From contig NC_023035.1 in NCBI RefSeq assembly GCF_000507245.1, positions 2,335,570 to 2,399,569 of the forward strand: a stretch of 64,000 nt of DNA, read 5' to 3'. Below the pieces are notes generated by a model. That model did no database searches, had not been told where the DNA came from, and saw nothing but the letters and a program-made list of their open reading frames with translations. Made by a program: the position numbers and the translations under genes. Numbering within the stretch: the stretch's first letter is position 1; the number at the start of each line of letters is the position of its first letter. Below, one piece after another: positions 17,326-28,193 of this stretch. This DNA is from Salinispira pacifica (GTDB lineage: Bacteria > Spirochaetota > Spirochaetia > DSM-27196 > Salinispiraceae).

Positions 17326-18678
17326 ATGATTCGTAATGTATATTCACATTCTTTTACCCGGACCGGATCCGTTTTCAACAGGATGCCTGTCGCCCTGCTT
17401 CTTCTGTTCCTCCTTAGCGTCGTTTCATGCGGTCCACGGGCCATTGGACGGGGAGTTCTTCTGTGGGCTCCGGAAGATCTGGATATACCCGGCGGTGCTG
17501 CAGTGGAAATTTTATCCGAATCCGAACTCAGGGGCAGCTACCAGCTTCGCTATGTACCCGGGGGAGAGGAAGACGGAGAGCAGATTTTTGAAGCCGAAAC
17601 CTGGAGAGTACGCAGGATCGATGACCGGGATGAGCTGGAATCAGCCAGGGAACGCTACGCCGAGTTTGCCCCCTACTTCGGCGTGGCGGAGATTCAGGCT
17701 CTTCCTGTGCGTGACAGCATGGGCACCGGTCCATCCAGCTCCATTATCTACCGGATGAGACAGGGCGAACAGGCCAAAATCATTTCCCGGAGCGAAGATG
17801 TTGTACCCGTGGGCGGCCTGGAGGATTACTGGTTCGAAATTCTTACTTCAGACGGAACACGGGGATATGTCTACGGTTATCGCCTGGATGTGGTTGACGC
17901 CCAGGGTGTCTCCACGGAGAAGACCGCTGCCTCTGAAGATGCCTTCCTGGATGCGGTGTTGAACAGTGTATGGCGTCCCGATTATTTCGCCTGGATGATC
18001 AACGACAACGTGTACGATCTGACCCGCTTCAAGGATGAATACCGTTTCGAACATGACGGGGAAAACCGGACCTTCACTTTAAACACCCGGGAGATCTCTG
18101 CGGAATTCCCCTATGAGGAGGTGTTTCGTGCCAGGTATAAAGAATATGTTGTTGCGGGAACCAGCCTTCAGATCACCACATTCAGCGAAAATTCCATTTC
18201 CATCCAGTTCACCAGAGACGGAGAAACCATTCAGGAAAGCCTGGTGCGCATTGACAGGGATGTGAGCGAGATCATTGAAAATGAACGGCAGCGCAGGGAA
18301 GATGTGAAAACAGCCTTTCTCTCCATGGGAAAAAGTTTCCGCAGCAGCCAGTACGGCAGCATGCAATTCAGCGAAGACGGGAGTCTTGAATGGCGGGGAT
18401 ACAACGCCCTGGATTCCAGCATTCTTCCGTCATGGTTTCAGGGACGGGGGGATCTGGCCTTTAATCTGTATCTTGCACGAGATCTCCGGAGCAGCTATGA
18501 CGGAGCAGTGAGCATCACACGTCCCGGCATATCCATCTCCGAAAGTCTGAATTTCCTCTACCGGAGAACCGATCAGGGAATTCAGCTTGAATTTGTGCCC
18601 GGAGAAAATATCGACCGGAATGTCATTCTGAAACAGGCTCTGACCCCATTCGTGATATTCTTCAGCATTCAAGAGTAA
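17326..18678 (+). CDS. Hypothetical lipoprotein (450 aa), possible SH3-like/beta-rich domains
   Basis: N-terminus ...MPVALLLLFLLSVVSCGPRA (signal plus lipobox-like cysteine). No catalytic motifs recognised. Confidence 0.5.
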   Translation: MIRNVYSHSFTRTGSVFNRMPVALLLLFLLSVVSCGPRAIGRGVLLWAPEDLDIPGGAAVEILSESELRGSYQLRYVPGGEEDGEQIFEAETWRVRRIDDRDELESARERYAEFAPYFGVAEIQALPVRDSMGTGPSSSIIYRMRQGEQAKIISRSEDVVPVGGLEDYWFEILTSDGTRGYVYGYRLDVVDAQGVSTEKTAASEDAFLDAVLNSVWRPDYFAWMINDNVYDLTRFKDEYRFEHDGENRTFTLNTREISAEFPYEEVFRARYKEYVVAGTSLQITTFSENSISIQFTRDGETIQESLVRIDRDVSEIIENERQRREDVKTAFLSMGKSFRSSQYGSMQFSEDGSLEWRGYNALDSSILPSWFQGRGDLAFNLYLARDLRSSYDGAVSITRPGISISESLNFLYRRTDQGIQLEFVPGENIDRNVILKQALTPFVIFFSIQE

Positions 18679-18684
18679 GGGCGT

Positions 18685-20757
18685 ATGATTTTACTGCAGG
18701 CCGATTCTCTGAAACTTTCATTCGGAGACAGGGAAATTCTCAAAAACGTCAGCATTCGCATCCCTGAGCGGGGGCGGATCGCCCTCTCCGGAGCCAACGG
18801 AAGCGGAAAATCAACCCTTCTTACCATTCTCGCCGGCCTGAGGCAGAGCGAAGGGGGCAACGTTAGCAGCCACAAGGCCGTACGCATCAGCTATCTTCCC
18901 CAGTCGGGCATTGAACACCGGGGCAGAAGCCTGGAGGATGAACTGGAAACCGCATTCTCCCACTTCAAGGAGGATGAAGCCCGTCTGGAGGAGCTGGGAC
19001 GACGGCTGGAGCATCACAGCAGCGAAGGCCCGGAAACCCGCAAACTGCTGGAAGAGCATCACCAGATCAGCGAACGGATCGCCTCCAGCCATTATTATCA
19101 GCGGGAGCAGTACATCATGCGCACCATCCGGGGTCTGGGGTTCAAAACGGATGACCTTCACCGGGACTGCGGAAATTTCAGCGGCGGATGGCAGATGCGC
19201 ATTGCCCTGGCCAAGATTATTCTGGAGAACCCTGATGTGATGCTTCTGGATGAGCCCACCAACTACCTGGACCTGGATGCCCGGCAGTGGCTGGCCGACG
19301 AGATGAACCGTTTCCATGGCGGAATTCTCATGGTGAGCCACGATAAGGGCTTCCTTGACGATACGGTGAATCAGGTTGCCGAACTGTTCATGGGGCAAAT
19401 CAAACTGTATAAGGGAAACTACAGTCACTACGAGAGACTCCGTGAACAGGAAATGGAAATTCTCATTAAACAGTATGAACAGCAGCAGCAGGAGATTCAG
19501 CAGCTTGAGGATTTTATCGCACGCTTCCGGGCCAATGCCAGCAAGGCCGCCCAGGTTCAGAGCAGGATCAAACAACTGAACAAGATCGAGCGGATCGAGA
19601 TCCCCGAAAGCATGAAACGGATGCATCTGCACTTCCCTCAGGCCCCCCGTTCCGGAGATATGGTTCTTGAGGCCGACAATATAGAAAAGTCCTACGGGGA
19701 TCTGCATATTTACCGCAACCTGTCTTTGGAGCTTCAGCGGGGGGACCGGGCGGTGCTGATCGGACCCAACGGGGTGGGAAAATCCACTCTTCTGAGAATT
19801 CTCGCCGGCCGGGACCGGAATTATCAGGGTACGATTCGCTACGGATCCAAGGTTGAGATGGCCTACTTCGCCCAGGAATCGGAAGACGAATTGAATACCT
19901 CCTGGACCATCATGGAAGAGATGGAGGCCGCCTCCCCCACCGAACTGTACCCCAATCTCAGGGGGATGCTGGGAGCCTTTCTGTTCAGGGGGGATGACAT
20001 TTACAAGCCCATCTCCGTGCTCAGCGGCGGAGAGAAAAACCGCCTGGCCCTTTTAAAAATGCTCATGCGTCCGGGAAATTTTCTGATCCTGGATGAGCCC
20101 ACCAATCATCTGGATCTCACCAGCAAGGAAGTGCTCCTGGATGCCCTGAAAGACTATGAGGGTACCATTCTCTTTGTAAGCCACGACCGGTTTTTTATCA
20201 GGGAACTGGCAACACGGGTAATCGAGCTGCAGTTGCCGGAAGCCGAAGGGGATTACCGGCAGGTACACAATATTCCCGGGAATTTTGACTATTACCTGGA
20301 GTACCGCAGCAAATTCGGTTCCGGATCTCACTCAGGCAACCATGGAAGCGGGCCCGCAGCAGGGGCAGCCGCCTCAGCCGCGGACTCTTCCGCGTCTGCT
20401 TCTGCTTCATCTTCCTCTTCCTCTGTCTATCACCCCGGCGCTTCCTCTGGTAATCACCCCGGGCCGCAGGAAGCCGGGGATGGAACCGGAAAACTCAGTC
20501 ACGAGGAGATGAAGAAGCGTCGTTCCCTTCTGAAAAAACTCCAGCGGCGGGAGGAGGAGGTTCTTTCTTCCATTGAAGAGGGAGATGAAAAACAGGCCGA
20601 AATTCAGCACCAGATGAGTCTGGAAGAGAACTACAGCGACGGGGAAAAAATATCAGCCCTGCAGAACAGCCTGGACAGCCTTGAACAGAAGCAGCAGGAA
20701 CTGCACCTTGAGTGGGAGGATCTTGCCCTCCGGCTGGAAGAGTTGAAAAAGCCGTAA
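18685..20757 (+). CDS. ABC-F family ATPase (two fused NBDs, Uup/EttA-like) with a Ser/Ala-rich low-complexity C-terminal extension and coiled-coil
   Basis: Two Walker A sites (GANGSGKST, GPNGVGKST) and two signature motifs (FSGGWQMRIALA, LSGGEKNRLALL). There are no TM domains. The tail SGSHSGNHGSGPAAGAAASAADSSASASASSSSSS precedes a charged helical C-terminus. Confidence 0.8.
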   Translation: MILLQADSLKLSFGDREILKNVSIRIPERGRIALSGANGSGKSTLLTILAGLRQSEGGNVSSHKAVRISYLPQSGIEHRGRSLEDELETAFSHFKEDEARLEELGRRLEHHSSEGPETRKLLEEHHQISERIASSHYYQREQYIMRTIRGLGFKTDDLHRDCGNFSGGWQMRIALAKIILENPDVMLLDEPTNYLDLDARQWLADEMNRFHGGILMVSHDKGFLDDTVNQVAELFMGQIKLYKGNYSHYERLREQEMEILIKQYEQQQQEIQQLEDFIARFRANASKAAQVQSRIKQLNKIERIEIPESMKRMHLHFPQAPRSGDMVLEADNIEKSYGDLHIYRNLSLELQRGDRAVLIGPNGVGKSTLLRILAGRDRNYQGTIRYGSKVEMAYFAQESEDELNTSWTIMEEMEAASPTELYPNLRGMLGAFLFRGDDIYKPISVLSGGEKNRLALLKMLMRPGNFLILDEPTNHLDLTSKEVLLDALKDYEGTILFVSHDRFFIRELATRVIELQLPEAEGDYRQVHNIPGNFDYYLEYRSKFGSGSHSGNHGSGPAAGAAASAADSSASASASSSSSSVYHPGASSGNHPGPQEAGDGTGKLSHEEMKKRRSLLKKLQRREEEVLSSIEEGDEKQAEIQHQMSLEENYSDGEKISALQNSLDSLEQKQQELHLEWEDLALRLEELKKP

Positions 20758-20778
20758 GAATACCGTATTCTCTCCCCC

Positions 20779-21555
20779 ATGACACGAATCTACTCCTGGA
20801 ATGTAAACGGAATCCGGGCCGCCCACCGCAAAGGGTTTCTGGACTGGCTTAATGAAAGCAACGGCGATATTGTGTGCGTGCAGGAAACCAAGGCTCATCC
20901 TGACCAGCTGCCCGAAGAACTGCGGAGCCCCCAGGGATACCACAGTTACTATTCCTCTGCTTCACGGAAGGGGTACAGCGGGGTTGCCATATACAGCAAA
21001 ACCGAACCTCTGGAAGTTCAGCAGTTTGAAATTCCCCGCTTCGATGATGAAGGCAGGGTGCTGATTGCCGAATACCCGGACTTCTTTCTCCTCAGCGCCT
21101 ATTTTCCCAACAGTCAGGCCGAAGGAAAGCGGCTGGATTATAAACTTGATTTCAATAACGAGGTTCTCTCATGGGCCCGGAAGAACGTTGATTCGGGGAA
21201 GAATGTGGTGATCTGCGGTGATTATAACGTGGCTCACAAACCCATCGACCTGGAAAACCCCAAATCCAATGAAAAAAACCCCGGATATCTTCCTGAAGAA
21301 CGGGAGTGGATGTCCGGCTTTCTGGATGCGGGCTTTGTTGATACCTTCCGCATGTTCAACCAGGAAGCCCGGCAGTATTCCTGGTGGAGCTACCGGATGA
21401 AAGCACGGGACAGGAACATCGGCTGGCGGATCGACTATCACTGTGTGAATGAAGCGTTCCGGGATTCGGTGCTGAATGCTGATATTCATCAGGATATTCA
21501 CGGTTCCGATCATTGCCCGGTAAGCCTCGATCTGAACACAGATCTGAGCAGATAA
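20779..21555 (+). CDS. xthA: Exodeoxyribonuclease III
   Basis: MTRIYSWNVNGIRAAHRKGFLDWL...VCVQETKA... and C-terminal ...HGSDHCPVSLDL, the Xth/APE1 endonuclease signature. Confidence 0.85.
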   Translation: MTRIYSWNVNGIRAAHRKGFLDWLNESNGDIVCVQETKAHPDQLPEELRSPQGYHSYYSSASRKGYSGVAIYSKTEPLEVQQFEIPRFDDEGRVLIAEYPDFFLLSAYFPNSQAEGKRLDYKLDFNNEVLSWARKNVDSGKNVVICGDYNVAHKPIDLENPKSNEKNPGYLPEEREWMSGFLDAGFVDTFRMFNQEARQYSWWSYRMKARDRNIGWRIDYHCVNEAFRDSVLNADIHQDIHGSDHCPVSLDLNTDLSR

Positions 21556-21565
21556 GGAGCTGAAA

Positions 21566-22174
21566 TTGCGCATACGTTACAACGCACCGGTAACCCTCAG
21601 CTTCTCCCTTCTGGCGGTGGCGGTGCTGATCATCGATATGGTTTCTCCGGGAGAATTTCAGCTCCGGCTCTTTTCCGTGGGACCGGCAATGAACTGGAGT
21701 TCTTTCACCGATTATCTGCGGCTGTTCACCCATGTTCTGGGACACGCTTCGGTGGAGCATCTGCTTGGCAACCTGGCGCTTATTCTCCTTCTGGGACCCA
21801 TCCTGGAGGAAAAATACCACTCCTCCGCCATGGTGTTCATGATTCTGGTCACCGCCCTCACCACCGGCCTGGGGAATATCATCTTTTCCGATGCCGCTCT
21901 TCTGGGAGCAAGCGGAGTGGTGTTTATGATGATCCTTCTTGCAAGTTTTACCAATGTCCGGAGGGGAGAAATTCCCCTCTCCTTCATTCTGGTGGTGCTC
22001 ATATATCTCCTGCGGGAATTTATCTCCGCCCTTGAAGCCGATTCCATCTCACAGCTGGCCCATATTGTGGGGGGAGCAGTGGGTTCGGTTTTCGGGTTTA
22101 TTCACGCTCCCAGCCGCTCGCCGGTGAACCCGTCCGGGAGTTCTGAAACAACAGAGGAAAATCATGATAGATAA
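21566..22174 (+). CDS. Rhomboid-family intramembrane serine protease
   Basis: TTG start with an AAGGAG RBS. Six TM helices. GASGVVFMM provides the GxSG catalytic Ser, AHIVGGAVG the catalytic His, and [17 protein letters not shown] is also present. Confidence 0.7.
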   Translation: MRIRYNAPVTLSFSLLAVAVLIIDMVSPGEFQLRLFSVGPAMNWSSFTDYLRLFTHVLGHASVEHLLGNLALILLLGPILEEKYHSSAMVFMILVTALTTGLGNIIFSDAALLGASGVVFMMILLASFTNVRRGEIPLSFILVVLIYLLREFISALEADSISQLAHIVGGAVGSVFGFIHAPSRSPVNPSGSSETTEENHDR

Positions 22175-23222
22175 ACTGGAAAAACTGGAAGATTATTTTG
22201 AGGATCTGCAGAAAAGGATTCTTGACCCCAACCTTCATAAAGACCCCAAGGCATACAAAGAGGCCATGCAGGAACACTCCCATTTGAGTGAAGTGATGGA
22301 GGTGTACAACCGTTACAAGGATGCTCAGGAGGCTGCAGAAGAGGCCCGGACCATGCTCGAAGACGATGACCCGGAAATGAAGGCCATGGCCCGGGAAGAG
22401 CTGGCCGGACTGGAAGAAGAGCTGCCCGCACTTGAGCAAAAACTGAAAATGCTTCTGGTGCCCCGGGATCCCATGGACGGAAAAAATATCATCATGGAGA
22501 TCCGGGCCGGTACAGGGGGCGACGAGGCCGCATTGTTCGCCGCCGATCTCTACCGGATGTACACCCGTTATGCTGAAAAGCATAATTGGAAGCTTGAGGT
22601 GATCACGGTGAATGAGACGGAGATCGGGGGGCTGAAAGAGGCGATCTTTTCGGTGAAAGGAAAGGACGCATACGGCACCCTCCGCTACGAAAGCGGCGGG
22701 CACCGGGTCCAGAGGGTTCCCAGCACCGAAAGCGGGGGCAGAATCCATACATCCGCATGTACGGTGGCAGTACTTCCCGAAGCCGAAGAAACGGATGTGC
22801 AGATCAACGACAACGACCTGAGAATTGACGTGTTCCGTTCTTCCGGTCCCGGCGGGCAGTCGGTGAACACCACAGACTCTGCGGTACGGATCACCCATAT
22901 TCCCACCGGACTGGTGGTGAGCTGTCAGGATGAAAAATCCCAGATCAAGAACCGGGCCAAAGCCATGCGGGTGCTCACCGCCAGGCTGTATGAACTGGAA
23001 GAATCAAAGCGCCGGGCCGAGGAAGCGGAAGCCCGGAAGAACCAGATCGGCAGCGGTGACAGATCCCAGCGAATCCGCACCTACAATTTTCCCCAGAGCC
23101 GGGTAACGGACCACCGCATCGGCCTGACCGTACACAAGCTGGACCAGGTGCTGCAGGGTGAGCTGGATGAAATTATCGAGGCATTGAAACTGTCAGCGAG
23201 CCAGGAGGCCCTGGAAGCCTGA
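22164..23222 (+). CDS. prfA: Peptide chain release factor 1
   Basis: GGQ motif ([23 protein letters not shown]) and an RF1-type P-x-T tripeptide ([13 protein letters not shown]). Followed directly by prmC, the usual arrangement. Confidence 0.9.
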   Translation: MIDKLEKLEDYFEDLQKRILDPNLHKDPKAYKEAMQEHSHLSEVMEVYNRYKDAQEAAEEARTMLEDDDPEMKAMAREELAGLEEELPALEQKLKMLLVPRDPMDGKNIIMEIRAGTGGDEAALFAADLYRMYTRYAEKHNWKLEVITVNETEIGGLKEAIFSVKGKDAYGTLRYESGGHRVQRVPSTESGGRIHTSACTVAVLPEAEETDVQINDNDLRIDVFRSSGPGGQSVNTTDSAVRITHIPTGLVVSCQDEKSQIKNRAKAMRVLTARLYELEESKRRAEEAEARKNQIGSGDRSQRIRTYNFPQSRVTDHRIGLTVHKLDQVLQGELDEIIEALKLSASQEALEA

Positions 23223-24094
23223 TGAATCCCCGACAATTCCAGGGGCTCAGCCTCTCCCGTGCGGTACAGCTGGGGCGCAGCCTGCTCCCTGCAGGTCCCT
23301 ACGACAGCCCCGGGCTGGACGCTCTGATCCTTTTATGCCACAGCATGAATATCAGCAAGGAACAGTACTACGCCCGCATGCAGGACAGCCTGCCGCAGGC
23401 TGCAGGGGAGCTATACGCCCGGGCCCTGGAACGGAGAATTTCCGGCGAACCAGTGGCGTACATTCTGGGCTTCAAGGAGTTTTACGGCCTAGAATTCCGG
23501 GTGAACCCCGGCGTACTCATCCCCCGGCCGGATACAGAAATTCTGGTTGACTGGGTGCTTGAAAGCCATCCGGCGGATTCACCCCTGGTGATCCACGACT
23601 GCTGCAGCGGCAGCGGCGCAATCGCAATCGCCCTGGCACACATGCGCCCCGCATGGGATGTGAGCGCTTCGGATATCAGCCTGGCCGCCGGCGAGGTCTT
23701 CGGGGTGAACGCAGCCGCGCTCGTTCCAACCTCACCGCCCCTCTGGTTCCAGAGCGACCTGCTGGAGTCGGCAGCCCAAAGGGAAATGAAATTCCACATT
23801 ATTACCGCAAATCCCCCCTATCTTACCCCTGCTGAAACCCGTGAACGGGAACTGGAGGGGTGGAAAGAGCCTATGCTGGCCCTTGACGGCGGGGAAAAAG
23901 GGCTAGATCTTATACAAAGGCTGGCTTCACAAGCCCATGATCTGCTGGAACCCGGCGGATGGCTGTATATTGAAGCAGCGGATGATCAGGCGGATGCAAT
24001 CGAGAAGCTATTGAAAACTCTCGGCTATGCCGATCTAGAATGTAAGAAAGATTTAGCGGGTATGAAACGGATATCCAGAGGCAGAAAACGGTGA
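23222..24094 (+). CDS. prmC: Release factor glutamine N5-methyltransferase (PrmC/HemK)
   Basis: NPPY motif (IITANPPYL) and a SAM-binding GxGxG-like DCCSGSGAIA. The start overlaps the prfA stop. Confidence 0.85.
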   Translation: MNPRQFQGLSLSRAVQLGRSLLPAGPYDSPGLDALILLCHSMNISKEQYYARMQDSLPQAAGELYARALERRISGEPVAYILGFKEFYGLEFRVNPGVLIPRPDTEILVDWVLESHPADSPLVIHDCCSGSGAIAIALAHMRPAWDVSASDISLAAGEVFGVNAAALVPTSPPLWFQSDLLESAAQREMKFHIITANPPYLTPAETRERELEGWKEPMLALDGGEKGLDLIQRLASQAHDLLEPGGWLYIEAADDQADAIEKLLKTLGYADLECKKDLAGMKRISRGRKR

Positions 24095-26115
24095 TTCGCA
24101 CCATAGATGATCTGGCGGCCCTGCTGTCGGAACAGGGAATATCAGAAGAAAAAATCAACCTCATTACCAGAGCGGCCCGGAAGAGCGAAGAGCTGCACAC
24201 CGGGCAGTTCCGGGCTTCCGGTGATCCCTACTTTGTACACCCCCTTCAGGTATCGGAAATTCTGATCCGGATGAAGCTGGACGAAATCACCATCGTTGCC
24301 GGCCTGCTCCATGACAGCATAGAAGATACTTCCTATACCAGGGATCAACTCACCGCTGATTTCGGCGAAGAGGTCACAACCCTTGTGGAGGGAGTGACCA
24401 AGATTGATATTGTCAAAGCGAAGAACAAGAATTCCGTCCAGGCAGAGACCATCCGCAAGATGCTGTTCGCCATGGTGAAGGATATCAGAGTCATTCTCAT
24501 CAAGCTGGCTGACAAGCTGCACAATATGCGAACCCTGGAGTTCAAGAAACCTGAGCGGATCCGCGCCATCGCCCAGGAAAACCTGGACATTTATGCTCCC
24601 CTGGCCGGCCGGCTGGGGATCAGCTGGATGAAGGACGAGCTGGAGGATCTCAGCCTGAAGCATCTGCAGCCTGACGTGTACATCCAGCTGAAGGATTATG
24701 TAAAGCAAAAGCGAAGCGAACGCAGCGAATATCTGAATAAAATCACCGGCGCTATTGAAGACGCCGCCTCCCGGGAAGGCATTGAGGTTCACACCAAAAC
24801 CCGGGCAAAGCATTTTTACTCCATTTACAGCAAAATGCGCCAGCGCAGCAAAAGCCTGGATGAGATCTATGACCTTCTGGGCGTGCGGGTGCTGTGCAAG
24901 AGCATTCCCGACTGCTATGTGGTGCTGGGTCTTGTACACCGCCTCTGGATGCCCATCGAGGGACGGTTTAAAGACTATATCGCCATGCCCAAATCAAACC
25001 GCTATCAGAGTCTTCACACCACGGTGATGGGATACGACGGAAGACTTCTGGAGATTCAGATCCGCACCGTGGCCATGGAAGAGACCGCACAGCACGGTGT
25101 TGCCGCCCACTGGCAGTATAAGAAAAGCCTACGGGGGGACCGGGCGGGTCATGAGGACCTGACCATCATCAACCGCTTGAAGGACATGGACAGCATCAAG
25201 ATCGCCGGCAGGGATTTTCTGGAGGAGATGAAACGGGAGATCCTGAAGGATTCCATCTATGTATTCACTCCCAAGGGTGATGTGATTCAGCTCCCCAAGG
25301 GTGCAACCGCCCTGGATTTTGCCTACCATATTCATACCGAGGTGGGTCATCACACATCCGGAGCCAAGGCCGACGGCTCCATCGTCCAGCTGAAACAGCC
25401 GCTGAAGAACACCCAGGTGGTTGAGATCATTACCCATCCCCACGCCCATCCCCACCTGGAATGGCTGCGCTATGTGAAAACCCGGGGCGCCAGAAGCAAA
25501 ATCCGGGCATGGATCAATAAACACGACGAAAGCCTTTTTGTTGACCAGAGCATTGTGGCCCGGAAAAAACAGGAACTTCCACCGGCCAAACCCCGAAAGA
25601 AAAAAACCGGCAGCGGCAACACGGTTATCGAAAGCGACAAGCTGGGCATACGGGTGGGCCGGGACCGGAACCTGATGATTCACTTCGCCAACTGCTGTAA
25701 TCCCAAAACCGGTGACGACATTGTGGGTTATGTATCAAGAGGACGGGGCATCATTATTCACCGCAGGGATTGCAAGAATTTCCGGAATATCAAAGATGTG
25801 GGAGAGCGGACCATCGATGTGGAGTGGGAAACCGTAAGCCCCAAGAGCACCCGGAAATTCAGCGTCACCGCACGGAAAACCGGAGATCTGTTCAGCGAAA
25901 TCGAAGGCGCAATCCGGAAACAGCACGGGCATCTCATCGAAGGAAAGGTTGATGCGGTTCACAGCGGTTCGTCATCCCAGGCGGGTACCCTGGAAGGGCA
26001 TTTTACCATGGAACTGGACAAGGGCGGGGATATGACCAGGATCATGAAGAACATCAGGGCCATTCCCAGCATTCTCACCATTCAGGAAATTCAGTCCGAA
26101 GATGATACTCGCTGA
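24091..26115 (+). CDS. rel: Bifunctional (p)ppGpp synthetase/hydrolase (RelA/SpoT homologue)
   Basis: HD hydrolase domain (HPLQVSEILIRMKLDEITIVAGLLHDSIEDT), synthetase domain (...RAKHFYSIYSKM..., YQSLHTTV), then TGS and ACT-like C-terminal regions. GTG start overlaps the prmC stop. Confidence 0.9.
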   Translation: MIRTIDDLAALLSEQGISEEKINLITRAARKSEELHTGQFRASGDPYFVHPLQVSEILIRMKLDEITIVAGLLHDSIEDTSYTRDQLTADFGEEVTTLVEGVTKIDIVKAKNKNSVQAETIRKMLFAMVKDIRVILIKLADKLHNMRTLEFKKPERIRAIAQENLDIYAPLAGRLGISWMKDELEDLSLKHLQPDVYIQLKDYVKQKRSERSEYLNKITGAIEDAASREGIEVHTKTRAKHFYSIYSKMRQRSKSLDEIYDLLGVRVLCKSIPDCYVVLGLVHRLWMPIEGRFKDYIAMPKSNRYQSLHTTVMGYDGRLLEIQIRTVAMEETAQHGVAAHWQYKKSLRGDRAGHEDLTIINRLKDMDSIKIAGRDFLEEMKREILKDSIYVFTPKGDVIQLPKGATALDFAYHIHTEVGHHTSGAKADGSIVQLKQPLKNTQVVEIITHPHAHPHLEWLRYVKTRGARSKIRAWINKHDESLFVDQSIVARKKQELPPAKPRKKKTGSGNTVIESDKLGIRVGRDRNLMIHFANCCNPKTGDDIVGYVSRGRGIIIHRRDCKNFRNIKDVGERTIDVEWETVSPKSTRKFSVTARKTGDLFSEIEGAIRKQHGHLIEGKVDAVHSGSSSQAGTLEGHFTMELDKGGDMTRIMKNIRAIPSILTIQEIQSEDDTR

Positions 26116-26173
26116 AGGTGAATGAAGCGATTATTTTGTTTCTTTTTATCCTCTCATCCAGTATGTTATTGCT

Positions 26174-26743
26174 ATGAATGAGATCACCTTTAAGGGTAAG
26201 CCCCTGAGCCTGGACGGAACACCACTTGAACCCGGTGATACGGCACCTGATTTTTCCCTGATCCGCAGCGATCTGGGGGAATGTCACCTTTCAGACTTGA
26301 AAGAGGACTACATTGTCCTCAATATTGTCCCTTCTCTGGACACTCCGGTGTGCGCAGCCAGCGCCCGTGAGTTTAACCGGCAGGCCCATGATCTTGACCT
26401 TAACTGCAGATTTCTCACCATAAGCAGGGATCTTCCCTTCGCTCAAAGCCGCTTCATTCAGCGTGAAGATGTTCATGACATGGAGCTGCTCTCGGACATG
26501 CGCTTCTCGGATTTCGGCCGGGAATACGGCGTACTTATCTCCAGCGGTCCTCTGAAAGGCCTGCTGGCCCGGGCGGTGTTTCTCCTGGGCCCTGAATCCG
26601 ATACTTCCGGTCATGACAGTAATGCCGACAGTGACAGTGCCGGCCGGAACGTGCTGTACCGGGAAATGATCCCCGAGATTGCCTGGGAGCCGGATTACCG
26701 CCGGATTCTGGAAGTTCTCTACCGGGAAAACGGAGACAGCTGA
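26174..26743 (+). CDS. tpx: Thiol peroxidase (atypical 2-Cys peroxiredoxin Tpx) with a C-terminal extension
   Basis: ...APDFSL...IVLNIVPSLDTPVCAASAREFN..., the Tpx peroxidatic Cys context. About 25 extra acidic residues at the C-terminus. Confidence 0.8.
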   Translation: MNEITFKGKPLSLDGTPLEPGDTAPDFSLIRSDLGECHLSDLKEDYIVLNIVPSLDTPVCAASAREFNRQAHDLDLNCRFLTISRDLPFAQSRFIQREDVHDMELLSDMRFSDFGREYGVLISSGPLKGLLARAVFLLGPESDTSGHDSNADSDSAGRNVLYREMIPEIAWEPDYRRILEVLYRENGDS

Positions 26744-26746
26744 CAC

Positions 26747-27250
26747 ATGGGCGAATATGATCTTCATCTGGTCCTTCACGAACCGGAGATTCCTCAGAAC
26801 ACCGGCAATATTGCACGAACCTGCACGGCCCTGGATGCCACCCTTCATTTGATTAAGCCCCTTGGATTTTCCCTGGAAGATAAATACGTCAAACGCTCAG
26901 GGATGGATTACTGGGAACGGCTCAATTATATAGTGTGGGAAGACCTGGATGATTTTTTCCAGGGAATCCAAAGGGAATACGGTGCTGATCCCGCCGAAGA
27001 GTGTTTCTATATCAGTACAAAGGCCAGACAGCAGCTGGGCCAGGTGGAGTACCCTTCCCGTGCGTTTTTTCTGTTCGGAAAGGAAAGCGCGGGACTTCCG
27101 GAATATCTGATGAAGAACTTTCCCGAACAGTCTTTGAGAATTCCCATGAAGCCCGGTATCCGCAGCCTGAATCTAAGCAATGCGGCGGCGATTATCGCAT
27201 ACGATCACTGGAAGCATTTCAACTTTCCCGGATGTGAGTCTTTTAATTAG
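26747..27250 (+). CDS. trmL: tRNA (cytidine/uridine-2'-O)-methyltransferase TrmL (SpoU/TrmH family)
   Basis: 167 aa: LHLVLHEPEIPQNTGNIARTC...FLFGKESAGLP...IPMKPGIRSLNLSNAAAIIAYD, the SPOUT knot motifs. Confidence 0.75.
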   Translation: MGEYDLHLVLHEPEIPQNTGNIARTCTALDATLHLIKPLGFSLEDKYVKRSGMDYWERLNYIVWEDLDDFFQGIQREYGADPAEECFYISTKARQQLGQVEYPSRAFFLFGKESAGLPEYLMKNFPEQSLRIPMKPGIRSLNLSNAAAIIAYDHWKHFNFPGCESFN

Positions 27251-27314
27251 CAGCTTTTACTGGTAGCCTGAAATGATACCAATGCCCGGCAGGGATACTA
27301 TACGAGGAGCAGGC

Positions 27315-28109
27315 ATGAAAACCATCGGAATTATCGGTTTTGGAAATATGGGCGAAGCGATGATCTCGGGATTGCTTGACCGGGAATCCGGGTACAGCTT
27401 GTCGGTTATCGAGAAAAGCGCTCCGCGGAGAAAGCTTGCAGTTGAAACCTACAATGCCGAGGATTGCACGGATACGCCGGAAAAACTGTTCGCTTCCGCA
27501 GACGCGGTGGTGCTTGCAATCAAACCCCAGGACCTGCCTGCTCTCGGCGAGGAGTTTTATTCATATACGGAAAAGCTCCCTCTCATATCAATAGCCGCCG
27601 GGGTGAACCTTGAGACGCTGAAAGAACTGTTCGGCTCGGATCAGATCGCACGCTTTATGCCCAGCCTTGCTGCGAGCGTGGGAAAATCAGTTACCGGAAT
27701 ATCCTATTCAGACGGCTGCAGTGAAGAGTTCAAGGAACTGTCTTTTACGGTGGCAGAATCATTTGGCCTGGCAATGGAAATGCCCGAACGGCTGATTCCC
27801 GCAATAATCGGAATTTCCGGTTCCGCCATCGCCTATGTATACGAGTTTGTGAACGCCCTGGCCCTGGGGGGAGTGAAAAACGGCATCAAGTACGATTCCT
27901 CTCTGGAAGTTGCCCTGGATGTGCTGGAAGGGGCGGTATCCACCATCCGAAGCAGCGGGATGACCCCCGGCGAGCTTGTCACAAAGGTGTGTTCACCCGG
28001 CGGGACCACCATTCAGGGCATCAGCAGCCTCCATGAGGACGGGTTCACCGCCACCGTCATGAGAGCCGTGGATGCCGCCGCAGACCGTGCCCGGGATCTG
28101 GAAAGCTGA
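27315..28109 (+). CDS. proC: Pyrroline-5-carboxylate reductase
   Basis: From the internal ATG: MKTIGIIGFGNMGEAMISGL (Rossmann fold) and C-terminal ...VCSPGGTTIQGISSLHEDGF... (ProC dimerisation-domain signature). The ORF track starts at 27273. Confidence 0.8.
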   Translation: MKTIGIIGFGNMGEAMISGLLDRESGYSLSVIEKSAPRRKLAVETYNAEDCTDTPEKLFASADAVVLAIKPQDLPALGEEFYSYTEKLPLISIAAGVNLETLKELFGSDQIARFMPSLAASVGKSVTGISYSDGCSEEFKELSFTVAESFGLAMEMPERLIPAIIGISGSAIAYVYEFVNALALGGVKNGIKYDSSLEVALDVLEGAVSTIRSSGMTPGELVTKVCSPGGTTIQGISSLHEDGFTATVMRAVDAAADRARDLES

Positions 28110-28193
28110 ACCGCCGCCCGGGCTCACAGCGGCCGCACATGAAAGCACCTTGCCCCCTTGTCCATTCTTGCCCCGAACGTATATGATACCGCC

